The position numbers were made by a program, and so were the translations under genes. A stretch of 64,000 bases of DNA. Source: Paraspadella gotoi (Eukaryota > Animalia > Chaetognatha). The stretch's first letter is position 1; every line of letters starts with the position of its first letter. This document shows positions 12,335-25,318 of this stretch, one piece after another. Location: the NCBI GenBank assembly GCA_051294375.1, contig CM119269.1, positions 7,995,225 through 8,059,224 of the forward strand, given 5' to 3'. Under the pieces are notes generated by a model. It was given only the letters and a program-made list of their open reading frames with translations, was not told the origin of the DNA and searched no databases.

Positions 12335-14401
12335 ATGGCTTCCGACGGAAACTCTAAATCGATGGCGACCCCCAGCATCATAGCGACCGGCGCTGTCCCT
12401 GCCGCGGCGTCCGGCGTCGGCACCCTCCTAAAAACGCCCGCCGGCCAATCGGTTCGCATTCTCCCTGGCCGGGCGTCGCCGACTCTCGGCACTTCGCGGA
12501 CAATCCTCGTCGGTGCGGATGGCGCCATCATCGCCCCTTCGCCGACGTCGTCCGGCGCGATAAAAGGGCCCGTTAACCCACCTAACGGCGCCACCCTCGC
12601 CGCCGCCACCACCGCTAAAGCGCCGCTTCGGGCGACGAATTCTTTCGTGAGAACGCCAATTCGTGAACGCCCCGAGTCTCCCTCCGTGGCGCCGCCTAAA
12701 ACCGCCTCCGCCGCCTCTTCCTCTTCCGTCGCCGTCGAGAAATCGGGAGCGTCTCCCGCGCCGAAAAACGTCAAAGAATTCAGCGTCCGCGTCCGAAAAA
12801 TGAGCGCGGATTCGAACGTCCTCAGGAAATATCAGTTGATGAAATTCCACGCGTCGCAAAAAATGGACGTGGCCAAATGGAAGACGGTGCAGATGGCGCG
12901 CGAGGACAACAAGAAAGTCTTCAAGGCAAGCAGCCGGGAGGAAGAACCTCGATTCGGCGCCGGATCCGAGTATGGAAAAGACGCCAAAGAGGAGGCGCGC
13001 CGCAAAAAGTACGGCTACGCCTCGCGCAAGTACAACCCCGAGGATCAACCCTGGCTGCTGCAGGAAGGCGGCCCTGGCGGCCGCAAATTCCGGGGTGTTC
13101 GCGACGGAGGCGTCACGCAGAATACTTCGTATTACGTGTTTCAACAGGCGGGTGCGGGCGCGTTCGAGGCGTTCCCCCTACAATCTTGGTACGGCTTCAC
13201 TCCCTCGATCAAGTACAACTACTTGAAGGAAGAAGAGGCGGAGGACGAGTTCACTAAACGCGGGAAGATCATGTCGAGATTCTCCACGATGATCAGAAAG
13301 AGGATGAAGGACGAAAAAGAAGACGACGACGCCGACGACGAAGACGACGCAGGCGGCGCCACCAAGCGGCAGGGAAAGGACAAGCAATCCGCCAAGAAGA
13401 AAAAAGGAAAGAAGGAATTTAATCTGACGGAGATGGACGATTGGGTCGACGACAGCGACGATGACGCCAGCGACGGTAGCGACGCCGACGGCGGGAAAAA
13501 GCGCAATGACGACGACGACGACGACTTTACCGGGAAAAAGAAGAAGGGAAAGAAGGGCGCGGGAGGAAAGAAGGCGAAGAAGAAGACGAAGAAGAAGAAA
13601 GGAGATGACAGCGAAGAGGAAATCTCGGAAGGAGAAGAGAGCGACGACGGAGACTTTGAAGGAAGAGAAGAAGACTACATCACGGACTCGTCCGGCGGAG
13701 AGGAGCCGGACGCGCAGGAGGAGAAGGCGAGGGAGGAGTTGAAAGGCGTCGATCAGGAAGAGGAAGAAGAGGAGGAAGAGTCTGAAGAAGAAGAAAAGAA
13801 GAAAGACGAGGAAAAGGGAAAGAAGAGTAAGGAGGGAAAGGAGGGTAAGGAAAAGGGTGAGGGCGAGGAGGAAGGATCGGATTCGAGCAGCGACGAGGAA
13901 AGCCACAGCGATTCCGACGTCGAGAAGGATTCCTCCGCTCTCTTCATGAAAAAGAAGAAGAAAAACTCGTCCAACGAAAGTTCGCGGGCGCCGACGCCAT
14001 CTGGCGACGCCGCCGCCGCCGACGGCGCCAACCGGAAGCGGAAGCGTGACACCGAGGAATCTCCCGTCAAGCGTGTTAAGAATCTGGTAAACAAAGCCGC
14101 CAACGGCGCCGCCGAATCTTCAGCCCCCGGCGCCAGCCAGTCCCCGCCCTTCGCCGTGATCCAAGCGGCGGAAAAGGAAGGACTCACCGAGGAAGACGTC
14201 CGCAAATATCTGAAACGGAAACCTCTCACCACGAAAGACCTTCTCGCCAAGTTCAAGAAAAAGACGAGCCTGACCCCGCAGCAGCTCGTGCAGCTTATGG
14301 CCCACTACCTCCGGCGGATCAACCCCATGAAGGAAACGGTCAACGGGAAAACTTACTGGTCGTTGTCGAAGCAGGCGGGCGGAGGAGGAGACGATGCTTG
14401 A
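12335..14401 (+). CDS. GTF2F1: General transcription factor IIF subunit 1 (TFIIF-alpha/RAP74), 688 aa, single coding exon
   Basis: RAP74 motifs KEFSVRV, PRFGAGSEYGKDAKEEARRKKYG, DQPWLL, FRGVRDGGVTQNTSYYVF, AFEAFPL..WYGFTP and the C-terminal winged helix LTEEDVRKYLKRKPLTTKDLL. Confidence 0.96.
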   Translation: MASDGNSKSMATPSIIATGAVPAAASGVGTLLKTPAGQSVRILPGRASPTLGTSRTILVGADGAIIAPSPTSSGAIKGPVNPPNGATLAAATTAKAPLRATNSFVRTPIRERPESPSVAPPKTASAASSSSVAVEKSGASPAPKNVKEFSVRVRKMSADSNVLRKYQLMKFHASQKMDVAKWKTVQMAREDNKKVFKASSREEEPRFGAGSEYGKDAKEEARRKKYGYASRKYNPEDQPWLLQEGGPGGRKFRGVRDGGVTQNTSYYVFQQAGAGAFEAFPLQSWYGFTPSIKYNYLKEEEAEDEFTKRGKIMSRFSTMIRKRMKDEKEDDDADDEDDAGGATKRQGKDKQSAKKKKGKKEFNLTEMDDWVDDSDDDASDGSDADGGKKRNDDDDDDFTGKKKKGKKGAGGKKAKKKTKKKKGDDSEEEISEGEESDDGDFEGREEDYITDSSGGEEPDAQEEKAREELKGVDQEEEEEEEESEEEEKKKDEEKGKKSKEGKEGKEKGEGEEEGSDSSSDEESHSDSDVEKDSSALFMKKKKKNSSNESSRAPTPSGDAAAADGANRKRKRDTEESPVKRVKNLVNKAANGAAESSAPGASQSPPFAVIQAAEKEGLTEEDVRKYLKRKPLTTKDLLAKFKKKTSLTPQQLVQLMAHYLRRINPMKETVNGKTYWSLSKQAGGGGDDA

Positions 14402-14703
14402 CTTTCGTCGTGATGAGTTTTGACTCTTTTCGACTTACGTCGTTTTGTTCTTTTGTTTTTGATGCGCACAAAAAAAAAATTATTAAATGCTGTTGATAAT
14501 TTCTGCTGTTCAACAAAAATAATTGCTTGATTCCAAGCTCGATTGCTGGACAATTGGTCATATTTTGTTCTAGCTAATATTAATGAATAATGATTGAGAT
14601 TCGAAAATTGTACTTGTAAATTTCATTACATTTTTTCGTTAAAAAAATCCAGTCAAATAAAGCTAAAGGTTATGAGGAAAGCACTTCTGCTTTGAAAGTA
14701 ATA

Positions 14704-15307
14704 CAGAAGGCTTCATATTATAAAATGAGGTACCCCTTTTTTGTGACCAGAATCTGTTCCTACCAAACTACCTGATAGAATTTCATGAAATTTTACATTT
14801 ACATTTACGATATAAATGGAACTATCGAGGCAAATTTTGATATTCAACCCCTGACAAGAGATAGAGGGCCGTGGGGGCCAAAAAAGGCTACATATTTTTT
14901 TTTCCATTTTTTGAAATTTTTTAGTAGCATCAGGTGCATTGACGTTTTAAACATATAAAAAACATTTTAACACTAAAATTTAGAAAAAGTTTGAAATTTG
15001 TTTTCATCAACGATTTGTTTTATTAAATATACGGACATGTTTCGACTGCTGATGTTCATGAAGCTGAAAATTAAGGTAAACTAATATTTTTGTGGTAATA
15101 GATACGTTGTGGAAAAGTAAACGTCTATGCAACTGTTCAAAACAAAAATAATGAAAAAAATATTTAAATTCGCCTCGATAGTTCTATTTGTATTTACATA
15201 GTGATCGTTCGTACTAAATTTCAATAAATTTGGTCCAGTAGTTTTTTTTGGAACGTGTTCTGGTCACAAAAAAAGGGGTACCTCATTTTATAATTTGAAG
15301 CCTTCTG
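14704..15307. mobile_element. Tc1/mariner-type MITE
   Basis: ~50-bp near-perfect TIRs (CAGAAGGCTTCA...GTGACCAGAA / TTCTGGTCAC...GAAGCCTTCTG) flanked by TA on both sides; no ORF. Confidence 0.88.
14997..15047 (-). mobile_element. Fragment of Penelope-type hammerhead/pLTR repeat inside the MITE
   Basis: Minus strand reads GTCGAAACATGTCCGTATATTTAATAAAACAAATCGTTGATGAAAACAAA, similar to 32672-32722. The CUGAUGA half is absent. Confidence 0.5.
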
Positions 15308-15513
15308 TATATTTAATTTTCAAATGTGCAAAACAGCTCGTTCTGGTACGATGTCTCATTAAAAAACTTTAAAAAATAAATATTATACTCGGTTTTTTTT
15401 TTTCATTTTCTCCGACACATTGCGTTAGATTTTGTTGAAATTTTTTTTTTTAGAAATTAAAAAAGATATTTGGTCTTAATTTATTTTTATCAGTTTTCGA
15501 TGTTTACTCTCTC

Positions 15514-17776
15514 ATGGATTCTCTCCTCGCCCCCATCCACCCCCCTCAATCCACCGACACTTCTCTCTTCTTCAAATCCCTCAACGACCTTCGAAGATCT
15601 CGTCAACTCCTCGACTTCGGCCTCTTGACGCGCGATTCCAGCGGCCGCGTCGTCGCCAGACACTGTCTTCACAAGGTGGGTAGAGGAAGATAAAATAATA
15701 TTTTAATTATTAGTAATGATCAAGGAAAAGGCGACAGTCGTGATTGAAAGATTGCCGGGTCTCGTGGTATTATCTTTTAAGAGGGACGCGGGCCTGGTAT
15801 TATCTTTTTAAGATGGACCAGCCCGTCAGAAGCAAGATAGATCGTTCGACTAATAGATGACTAATTGGATGTATCATTTTTATAAACTAATCAATTCCTG
15901 CCTCCATCACGGCCTCTTCCTAGGTGGTGCTCCTCGCTTCCTCCCCCTTCCTCCTCCGCCTCTACTCGACCGATTCACTCGACGACGATGACCTCATCCT
16001 CCCGCCCTCGATCCGCGACGAAAGCCTCGTTCTTCTCATCGATCACATGTAGTGAGATCATTCACAAATTCATCTTACAACGTCATTGATAATAGAATAT
16101 TGCTACAAATATTTTTTTATGATTTTCTGATGTCGCGAAGGTACGGACAAACGGACGACTCTGCCTTGCGCCTGCTGTCCGACGAGGATGCGACGTATTT
16201 GCGGACGGCCGCCAGATTCTTTGGGATAGAGGGGCTGAGGAAGATGTTGGCGGAACGGTTGGGCGCGGAGGAGGAGGAGGAAGGAGATGTGATGTTTAAT
16301 AAACAATTCGTGGAGTCATTTGGAAGCGATGTAGAAAGTGTCAAGAAAGAGGTGAATTTTGACGTCTACACCCCTGTTTCTTCCGGCTCCGTCGCTTCCG
16401 TCTCCCGCGCCTCCGCTGTCACCACCATCGCTTCCGCCATCTCCACCAGTCCCGCCGTGACCTCAAACGCTTCCACCTCTGACCGCCGTCGTCGAGGTCC
16501 AAAGATTATTCCACCGGCTGCTGATAATAAAGTGTACGAGATGATTTATGACGACTGGAAGTTGAATAGCGAAAACTTAAAGATGAGCCAAGAAGACTTT
16601 AATATGAGCAACGAAAACCTAAAGATCAGCGATGGTGAACGGAAAATGAGCGATGAAAATCTTCAGTTAAGCGATGAAGAATTAAATACAAACGTCGATG
16701 TTGCCGATAAACGTTTTACGAGGTTGCATAAAAAGAAACAAAAAGAGAAAGAAAAGGAACTGAATAGGAAAAGCTTGGACTTTATTGACGACAGTCCGGA
16801 AGAAGAGGTTTGTTTTGAACTTTATTTACTCAAAATGATTTTAATTTACGCTTTAGTTCAAAGTTTAGTTCAAAGTTTTAATTCTATTTTGATTTTGCTC
16901 TTTATGATTGTTATCTTTAGTTTTAATGAAATAACTCTTGAATTTCTACCTCTATTAATTATCAAGATTTTAATTTTTTTTGATTAATAATCTTCAAAGA
17001 AAACAAAACAAAAACAAAACAAAAACAAAACATTAAATTTTTCCCTTTTCCAGTATTCGCATGAGGTCGACGATCTGTCCGACTCGGATTACGACGCCGA
17101 CGCCGATCCTGACGCGATGGAGGACGCCCTCGACAGCAACGCCAGGGCCGACGAAGCCATCAAGAAGCTCGATGAAGAGCGCGTTCGGCGAAAGAAAACC
17201 AAAGATAAGGATCGATTCAGATGCCCCCACTGTCCTTACAGATCCAATGCGAAAAACTCTTATCAAAAACACGTGTGGAGCAATCACAAAGTCAACCTCT
17301 CCGGACGGAAAATTCTCTACTGCGATCAGTGCGACTTTTCTACGATTTGTGGCAGTTCCCTTCGCAAACACTCCTTCAAGCACGTCCTCGTGCCCACCAT
17401 TACCTGCTCCCAATGCGGCAAGGCCTTCAAGAGTCATTACCAATTAAAGGAACACACGCGCTACGTTCACGGCAAGAAGACGCTCGCTTGCTCCATCTGC
17501 AAAAGCGGCTTCGTTAACGCGATTAAACTCAGGATCCATGTGAAGCAGGTCCACATTGAGAAGAGCACAGAGCGGAACTTCAAGTGCGCCTACTGCGAAT
17601 ATGCGACCTTCACTCGGAGCAACTGTTTCAGTCATTTGAAGAGAATTCATCAGGGAGAAAAGAGGATCGTGGTGGATTTGAGAAAATGTGAAGAGGGAGC
17701 TGAGGGTGAAGGGAAAGTGAACGAAGGAGGTCACGTGGAAGGCGACGCCCCAAAAAATGGTGATTCGGTCACGTGA
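15514..17776 (+). CDS. BTB/POZ + 5x C2H2 zinc-finger protein (~558 aa; exons 15514-15675, 15924-16048, 16141-16807, 17054-17776)
   Basis: Spliced BTB signature LNDLRRSRQLLDF..HK|VVLLASSPFL..LIDHM|Y..AARFFGIEGL; five CxxC...HxxxH-type fingers in the last exon; all junctions in phase. Confidence 0.9.
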
Positions 17777-18132
17777 CTTTATCTCCTTTATCTCTACAAT
17801 TCCCGTTTGTCTTTACACTATTTTTTCTGGATGAGGCTTTTTTAGTATTGGTCACATTCACACATCTGAACTATTTGTTTCTGCTGCTTTTACTCTGGCA
17901 TTAAGCTTTTGTATTTTTATCAGAATCTCCAGTTTATTGGAACTAAACGAACTGAAAAGAAAAATAAATCTGCGTAAGGTTGTATTTTAAATCGATCGAC
18001 CTGGAGGAGAAACTTGACCGATTTTGACGGAACTTGACTCTTTTTTCGTTTCCGCCTTATCCTCTTCCTCCCCTTTACTTTTCCCGGCGCCGGCATTCGA
18101 AGGAAACCGACGCCACGGTTTCTCCCTTGGCG

Positions 18133-21100
18133 ATGGGGGATGCAAACTCAGACCTTTTCAACTCGAGAAGAAGTTATTCCTCGTCCAGCTCCTCCGCCAG
18201 TGCCGCCGCCGCCGCCGCCGCCGCCGTGACCTCGTCCTCCGCCGTCGTGACTTCCGCCCACGCTGCCCACGCCGCCGCCGCCGCCGCCGTCTACCACGAC
18301 TCGCAGAGCAGAGAGCAGCAGCACCGGGACGCGACGTCCCTCGTTCTGGCGCAGACGGCCAACGTTTTATTTTTCGAGGCGGAGAAGCAGAAGGCCAAAG
18401 GGAACAAAGGTGGGGTTGGATTGATTGTCCAGTATACCAAGTTTTGATATCCGCAACTTCAAGTCCTGTCGAATTTTGATCTTTGAAAAAATGAGTTTAT
18501 TGTTCAAAAATTAAAGAGATATTTTATGAAGATGGGACAATTTGGTTCTTAAAAATATTCTTATTGGATTATTATTGATTTAAAATTATAAAAATAAAAA
18601 AAATTTTGGATTTTTTAATGTAACATTTAAAGTAAAAAAGACTAAACAAAATCTAAAAATAAAATTACATGTTTTTAAAACTTCATAATAAATATAAGAT
18701 CATAGAAGACTTTTCTTTTTTCATCAGCTTCGACGGACGCTGCATCCCTATACCAAAGTCAACTCCTTAATGGAAGCGTCTTCCGGAGTCTTACCAGTGA
18801 CATCTACGCAAACTGGAATATGCAAATGAGATCCATGAATCCCACCGGTGATCTCGGATTCGGCCTTCCCATGCTCAACGAGATGAGCTCCGCGCAGCAG
18901 CAGAACTTGCTGCAGCAACCGCTTACCCAGAACCCCCAGATGGTGCAGCAGTACGGAGAAAAGATGGCTTCATACGGTCTGCCGCAACCCCAGTTCCAGC
19001 CTGATATCGGAAATCATCAACAGTTGCTGCAAAGTTCGGTGGCGGCGGCGGCGGCTACAACGGCGGCGACGGCGCCGCCTCCGCAGTTTCAGACTGCTCC
19101 CCTACCAGGATTCGAGAACATCACCCCTTTCCCGCTGATGGAGAACTTTCACCCTGCGCATCAGCATCAGAGACAAACCAAACACCCCGCCCATGAACAA
19201 CCGCTGGCCCATCAACCGCAAGCCCATCAACCCCAGGCCCATTCGCATCAACAGCAGTCCCAATCGCATCAACAGCAGTCCCAATCGCATCAACAACAGT
19301 CCCAGGCCCACCAACAGCAATCTCAAGCCCAACAACATTCTCCGGCCCATCAACAGCAGCATGCTCAACAGCAACACGTTCAGTTGCAACAGCATGAACA
19401 GCAGTTGCAAGAGGCGCATGGTCATCATATTTCTCAACATCATAAAAGATCGGATGGTCATCAGCATCAACAGCAACACCAAGACGTGCATCAACAACAG
19501 CATTCTATTCCTCAACAACATCACGACCTTCATCGGCATCAAGAACATCAACATCAACAACATCATCAAGACGCAGCTCAACTCGCCGACGCGCAACAAC
19601 AACAAATACAGCAAGAGGCTATGCATCAGGGCGACCAACAGCAACAGGCTTTGCAGCAACATCATCATCACCAGCATCATCATCAAGGAAGCTACGACGG
19701 CGCTGGGGCGGAGGCCTACGACCAGACGCAGGCCAGGGGACACAAGCGGAAGGCGAGCCTCCTGGCAGCCAATCAGGGGCTCAAGATGAATCCCATTCAG
19801 GATCCTAATGATTACAGGTTTTTGTTTAGTGTGATTTACCGTTGAAACACTAATTACTCCTACGATGTTTGGGAAATATTTATAAGAAAACGGGGAATAC
19901 CTTTTTTTTAATTTTGTTTTTGTAATTATTAATAATTCGAAACCTGGACAAAGATTAGGGGAAGCGAGGGGAGCCCGGGAATGGTTCCCTCTGTTTCAAG
20001 ATTTGGTCATTCCCTGTCCTTTCTCATTCCTTCTCTTTGAATACAATTTGTGAACAGATCTTACGACGCCTCCGTTCAAGATCCCAATTATTTTTCTGGA
20101 AAATCGAAAAAGATCGATGACGTCGACCAAGCGGCAAAAGAAGTCGCTGCTGCCGCCGCAGCAGCCGCCGCCGCCGCTGCAGCACTAGCTGCTGTCAACG
20201 CCGCCAATCCTTACGTGAGTATTTTTTTTGTAGAGTAATAATAATAATAATTATTATTATTATTATTATTATATTACATATTATCTTGTTAGAGTGATGG
20301 AGGCCAGGAGGCCTTAAACCACCGAAGCCCGTTCAAAGTCAGGGGCGAGATAGCTTTATTAAATGAATGGATACATTGCTTGTAGAATGGATACATTGCT
20401 TGTAGAATAATAATATGTAATTGGTACATTTCTTATTATCTGTTTATTCTTACTAGGTACATAGTCAATACTCATACGTAGCCGTTTTGTATTTAATTTT
20501 TTTCTCCTACAGCAACCGTCCGAGGCGCCAGCTGCGCCGAACGGAGAATGGGGCGCGGAAGGCGAAAAACCGGCGCCGGTCGATGGCGCCGGAAACCCCG
20601 GGATCGACGGAGGCGCCGTCGACGCGAGCGGCCTCGCCGGAGGAGGCGTCGATGGAAGTAGTATCGCCGGAGTCGCCGGCGTCGTGGAGGCCGCTACGTC
20701 GGCGGCGTCGGCGGTTCCCACGACTGAAGCCGGAGGTCAAGAAAAAGATGAGAAAGACGCGACGAAGACTCAAGACGCTGGCGAAGATGGCGCCGCGCAA
20801 GCAGGTGATTTGAAAGAAGATTGCAAAAAAAAAAACTAACGCATAGAAACAAAGTAGGCAAACATACAAACAAACCACCTATTTATGCTAATATCCGAGA
20901 ATTTGACGTTTCTTAATCCTTTACCAAAATTTCACTCTCCATTTCCTGTAATCCCCTCCACCTCTAGCCCCATCGCCGCCGAAAAAAGTACAGATGCAGC
21001 TCCGAATCAAATGCTACGACAAGACTTGTCCCAAAAAGTTTCTAACAAAACTCGCGCTTACGACCCATTGCAAGAAGAAGCATCCTGAAGTTATGCGCAT

Positions 21101-23773
21101 GCGCGCGCTTAAGGAGCAGCAGGAGCGGATTATGGCGATGCGCACGCAGCGGATGAGCGGTAGAGGTGAGGGATTAAAGCTGGATAAAAGGCAGTATTAG
21201 GAGTAGGATCTTTTGGAAAGTTTTAACTTATAAATGAATAATATTATACACAATCCTTCAGGTTCGCTCTCAATGTCCTCCATGATGTCCTCCAACCCAG
21301 CGAGCCCCGCTTACCTAGGGAGCGTTAAGCATCTTCCCGGAGGGTTCTCTTCCTCTTCCTCTTCCGGGTCAGGCTGGGGTCAGTATCCCGCTTATTCGAA
21401 TTCCTCCTCCTTCGGGTCCTCCTTCGGCGGCGGCGGTGGCGGCGGATTCGGAGCCTTGAAGAATTCCCTAATGCGGCAGTCCTCCGGGGGATCCCCTTTC
21501 GGTAAGGACTTTCTCTTTGGTTAATAATCTTAATAAATTGAAATGCATCTTAACAAACTAACAAACTGCTTTCCATCCCAGGCCCGTCTTCTTACTCCAA
21601 CCGCGCCAACTACACGATGGGCCAAAGTTCCTTTACTTCCCTCTCCTCCTTCGGACGATCCACTTGGAACTCTCAGACTTCCTACATGGGCGGGAAACCC
21701 GGCCAGGGCTACGGGCGCGTGCCCGTCGGGCAGTATCTCGGCGGAACCGGGACAGGGCGCGGCCGCGGTCGTGGTCGAGGTAGAGGTCGCGGCAGCCGCG
21801 GTGGACGCGGCGGCTACGCGGCGGCGGTCGCCAGCGCCGCAGCCTCGAGGTCGACGATGGAGGCGGAGGTGCTGCAGCACAAGTGTCGATTCCCTGTCTG
21901 CAGGTCGGTTGATAGGCGTGATTGGTTTGAATTAATACATAAGAAAATGAGTAGTATAACACTCTTACTATAACACTATAACTTTTACTATTTTCGTCTA
22001 CTGCACACTCTTATTTTTAAATTATTTTGTTCATTTGTTCATCCATTGAATCTCCTTTACGAATCCCTTCAGAGGACGCAGCTTCATGACAGAGCAGGCG
22101 TTGCTGTCCCACTACACTCGCCAACACGACATGACGCGGCCAGGCGTCGGCGCTGCGGCTGCGGCGGCCTCTGAGCCGAGTCTCAAGTGCACCACCGATG
22201 ACTGCGACGCCGTCTTCCTTACAACCGAGGCGTTGGAGAGGCACGAGCGCCGATGCAGCAAGAAAAAATTGGAGGTGGGTTGAGGGGAGAGAGAGAGAGA
22301 AAGAAAGAGAGAGAGTGTGAGGGCGTCACGTGAGGCCCAAAGGTGAAACGCTTCGTTTACCTGGCCAGTCAAAAGTCAACTTTTTTTTCCGTCCAAAAAG
22401 ATAGAAGGGAAAGGCAAGAATAAAAAAATGCCGGAGAAAAGAAAATGGAGAGGAATTTTGTAGGTATAAATAAGGTACGTAAAATCAGAAAAATATAGTT
22501 CCACTATAGGGAGAATCAGATGGTAGTTACGAGTCACTCGTATTTTTATTCTCTCCACGACCTCCCTCACACCCATCTTCCCACCCGCCCACCTCCCCCC
22601 CCCGTTTTCTCACCCTTCTCAGGCGGAAGTGAAACGCGAGACTCACGACGCTCACCACGAATTCTATCTGGATCCGCGACAGACGGGGATCCCGACCGAC
22701 AGCGACTCTGAGACCGACGTCAAGAGAGAGGCCGACGACGACGACGCTCGCGGCGCCGACGGAAACGACGACGACGACGACGCCGGCGACGACGGGAAAA
22801 ACGCCTTCGATTATTTGGACGAGGGAAACGTCAAAATGTCGCCGAGTTCTTATCACAACGACCAGGACGGAGGAGAGGTGAGTGGGTTGGGTGAGTGAGG
22901 GGCGAAGCAAGGCGAAAAAGAAACTAGGAAAAAAAATGGTGGCGCTGGAAAGGGAAAACATTAAAAAACAAGGGGAAAGAAGGCGGATTAGTTTTTGCTT
23001 TTTGAGGGTAAGGCTTCTTTCAGCTAATTTTACTCGGTGGTTATAGAGATTTCAAGTCTTCGATAGGCTGCAATATATACAAATAATGTTGATAATTTTT
23101 ACTATTAGCGCTGTTGTCGTTATTTAAAAATTATTTAAAAATGATATTAGTTTCTTCCCCACGTTCCCTCCCTCCCTCTCCTCAGTTGCGTCTCTTCCCT
23201 TCGACTTCCGGCGACGACGACGACGGAACGAATCTCCAGATGGAAGCCTACGACTCTCTCGATCAAGAGGAAGAGGAGGAAGAAGAGGAGGCAGGAGGAA
23301 GAGGGAGGCTAGCGAGGACGGAGGAAGGAGAGGGAAGAACCGAGCGGACGGAGAGGGGAGGAGAAGAGGAGGAAGGGAACGAGCGCTTCGAAGGAGGAGT
23401 GGAGGAAGCCGACGAGGGAGGGGAGGAAGAGGAGGGGATGGGTGGAGAAGGGGAGGAGGAAAATCAAGAAGAAGAACAAGGCGAAGAAGATACGGGCATG
23501 GGAGGAGGGGAAATGGAGGAAGGGGAGGGGGAGGAGAGATTGGAAGGGGAAGAGGAAGGGACGGCTGATGGAGGGGAAGTCGATGATGAGACCCAAGAAG
23601 AAGGCGAGGAAACGAGCTTCGATGAGGGGGAGAAAGGGACGGAGGATCGGGAGAAGAGGGAGGAAGAGATGGAGGAACATAAGGAAAACGCGGAAGAAGA
23701 GGAGGAAGAAGAATACGAGGACGACGACGACGCCGCCGACGAAGATTACGACCCTTACAAAAAAAGTAGCTAA
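18133..23773 (+). CDS. Low-complexity zinc-finger protein (~1206 aa, 10 exons) with poly-A, Q/H-rich tract, 3 Zn fingers, RG/RGG box and acidic tail
   Basis: Exons 18133-18409, 18728-19817, 20058-20214, 20513-20804, 20968-21165, 21262-21501, 21582-21903, 22073-22274, 22623-22877 and 23186-23773 splice in frame via GT-AG. Fingers: CYDKTC..HCKKKH, CRFPVC..HYTRQH, CTTDDC..HERRC. Confidence 0.75.
20282..20375 (+). mobile_element. Repeat family 3 fragment with twister-like ribozyme motif
   Basis: TATCTTGT-TA-GAGT-GA-TGG-AGGCCAGGAGGCCT-TAA-ACC-AC-CGAAG-CCCG-TTCAAAGT-CAGG-G-GCGAGATA, homologous to 44930-44991. Confidence 0.7.
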
Positions 23774-25318
23774 CGACGACGACGACGCCGAATCTGACAT
23801 GACGAGGCTAACTAAGATGGAATATGTAGGCCGATAAAAATTAATGGATGATAAACTACGACCAAATTATTAAAACTGTTAAAATTGACTTTAACCTTAT
23901 TGACGACTTGGTCATTCCAAAGAGACGAAATCTCGTGAGCCAAAGAGATTTTAATTTGTCTGTTTCGGCTAGCGTCAAATCGGGTCAAGAGTTTCAGAAA
24001 AGGGTCGCTTTTTGAGATATGTCATACTAAATAGTCAATAGTTAATATACTCTTTATGGACAGAAGCTTAGTGGGTTTTCATAGTTTGTAGGTATTTTTT
24101 TTTGGGGGGGGGGAAGAATGAGAGATTACCAAAAAAAATTACTAAGCGCAATGACTACGTAGTGTTTCAAAGAAAAATGACATGCTTATCCAAGTTTGGT
24201 TCACGTTATGCAATTCGATTCAAATAGTGAGGCCATTCCACTTTTTCTCACGAACAAATTAGAAACCCCATGGTTTTTCCTCACCGCACCTTGCATAAAA
24301 AGCCGAACTTGCAGCCTTTGTATTCTCAAAATTGGCCCGACGACGAAAACTACGTTACTGACGACGACGCATACGCCACCCAACCGACGAGACGGAGTTT
24401 TAACTTAGAATCCTCTTCTCGTAACTTAAACAAAAGGTCAATGTATTGAACGTTCCACCTGTATTCCCGCTTTATTCAACGATCGATATCTTTTGGTGTA
24501 GTTAGATATGATGATATTCAGCGATTGCTTGTGTAGCTAACTACATTTATTGCAGACCTAGTTTCTCATTGTTTTTACGAGTATTTATTACGAGAAATTT
24601 CGTTTCGTTTTATTTTTTACTTTGCGATCATGATATAAATGAAAATAATTTTTTGCAACCATCCATATATAGTAGTATACCCCGCTAGTCATGCTCACCA
24701 ATCATTCCCATCTATTTATCTTTTTCCACATAATCTGGTCCCATTAATGAACATAACCTTTTTCAGTCTTCATACAAATTCATAATCAATAGTTTTTTTT
24801 TCCCTAAATCTTTTTTCGAGATTGTGTTCGTCTTGTGTTATGATTTTTTAAAAAATATACATAAGCTCATTGATTATTTGGGTTTAATTACCGTTTAAAA
24901 GTTAGTGTTAGTTAAAAAAAAGCTACGCTATTTCATAGGACAGGTAGGCAAATTAGCTAGTTTCCCTTCTGTAATAAACCGAAATCTGGTAACTCTCGTT
25001 TAAAATAAATGTCTCCTCGCATCGGTTTTCAATCGAACGTGCCGCAAGCTTTCTCTTTCTAAGACAGAAAGAAAACCTGCTGTGCCGTCCGCCAACGAAA
25101 CGGGTTCCCTCTTTGTAAAAGATTCAAGGTCGAATCGTGTCCCGCCAAACAGGAATCTCGCTTTTTCAGATATAGAAATTTCGTAGCAGAATTTAATTTC
25201 CTAACGACTTCGCCGACTACTTCAGCGACCTCGACCGTGAAAAATACCCTAGGAAAAGGGAAAACAATGTTCGGCTTTAGCGAGATGAATTTTCGTTAAA
25301 AAAAACAAAACACGGAGC

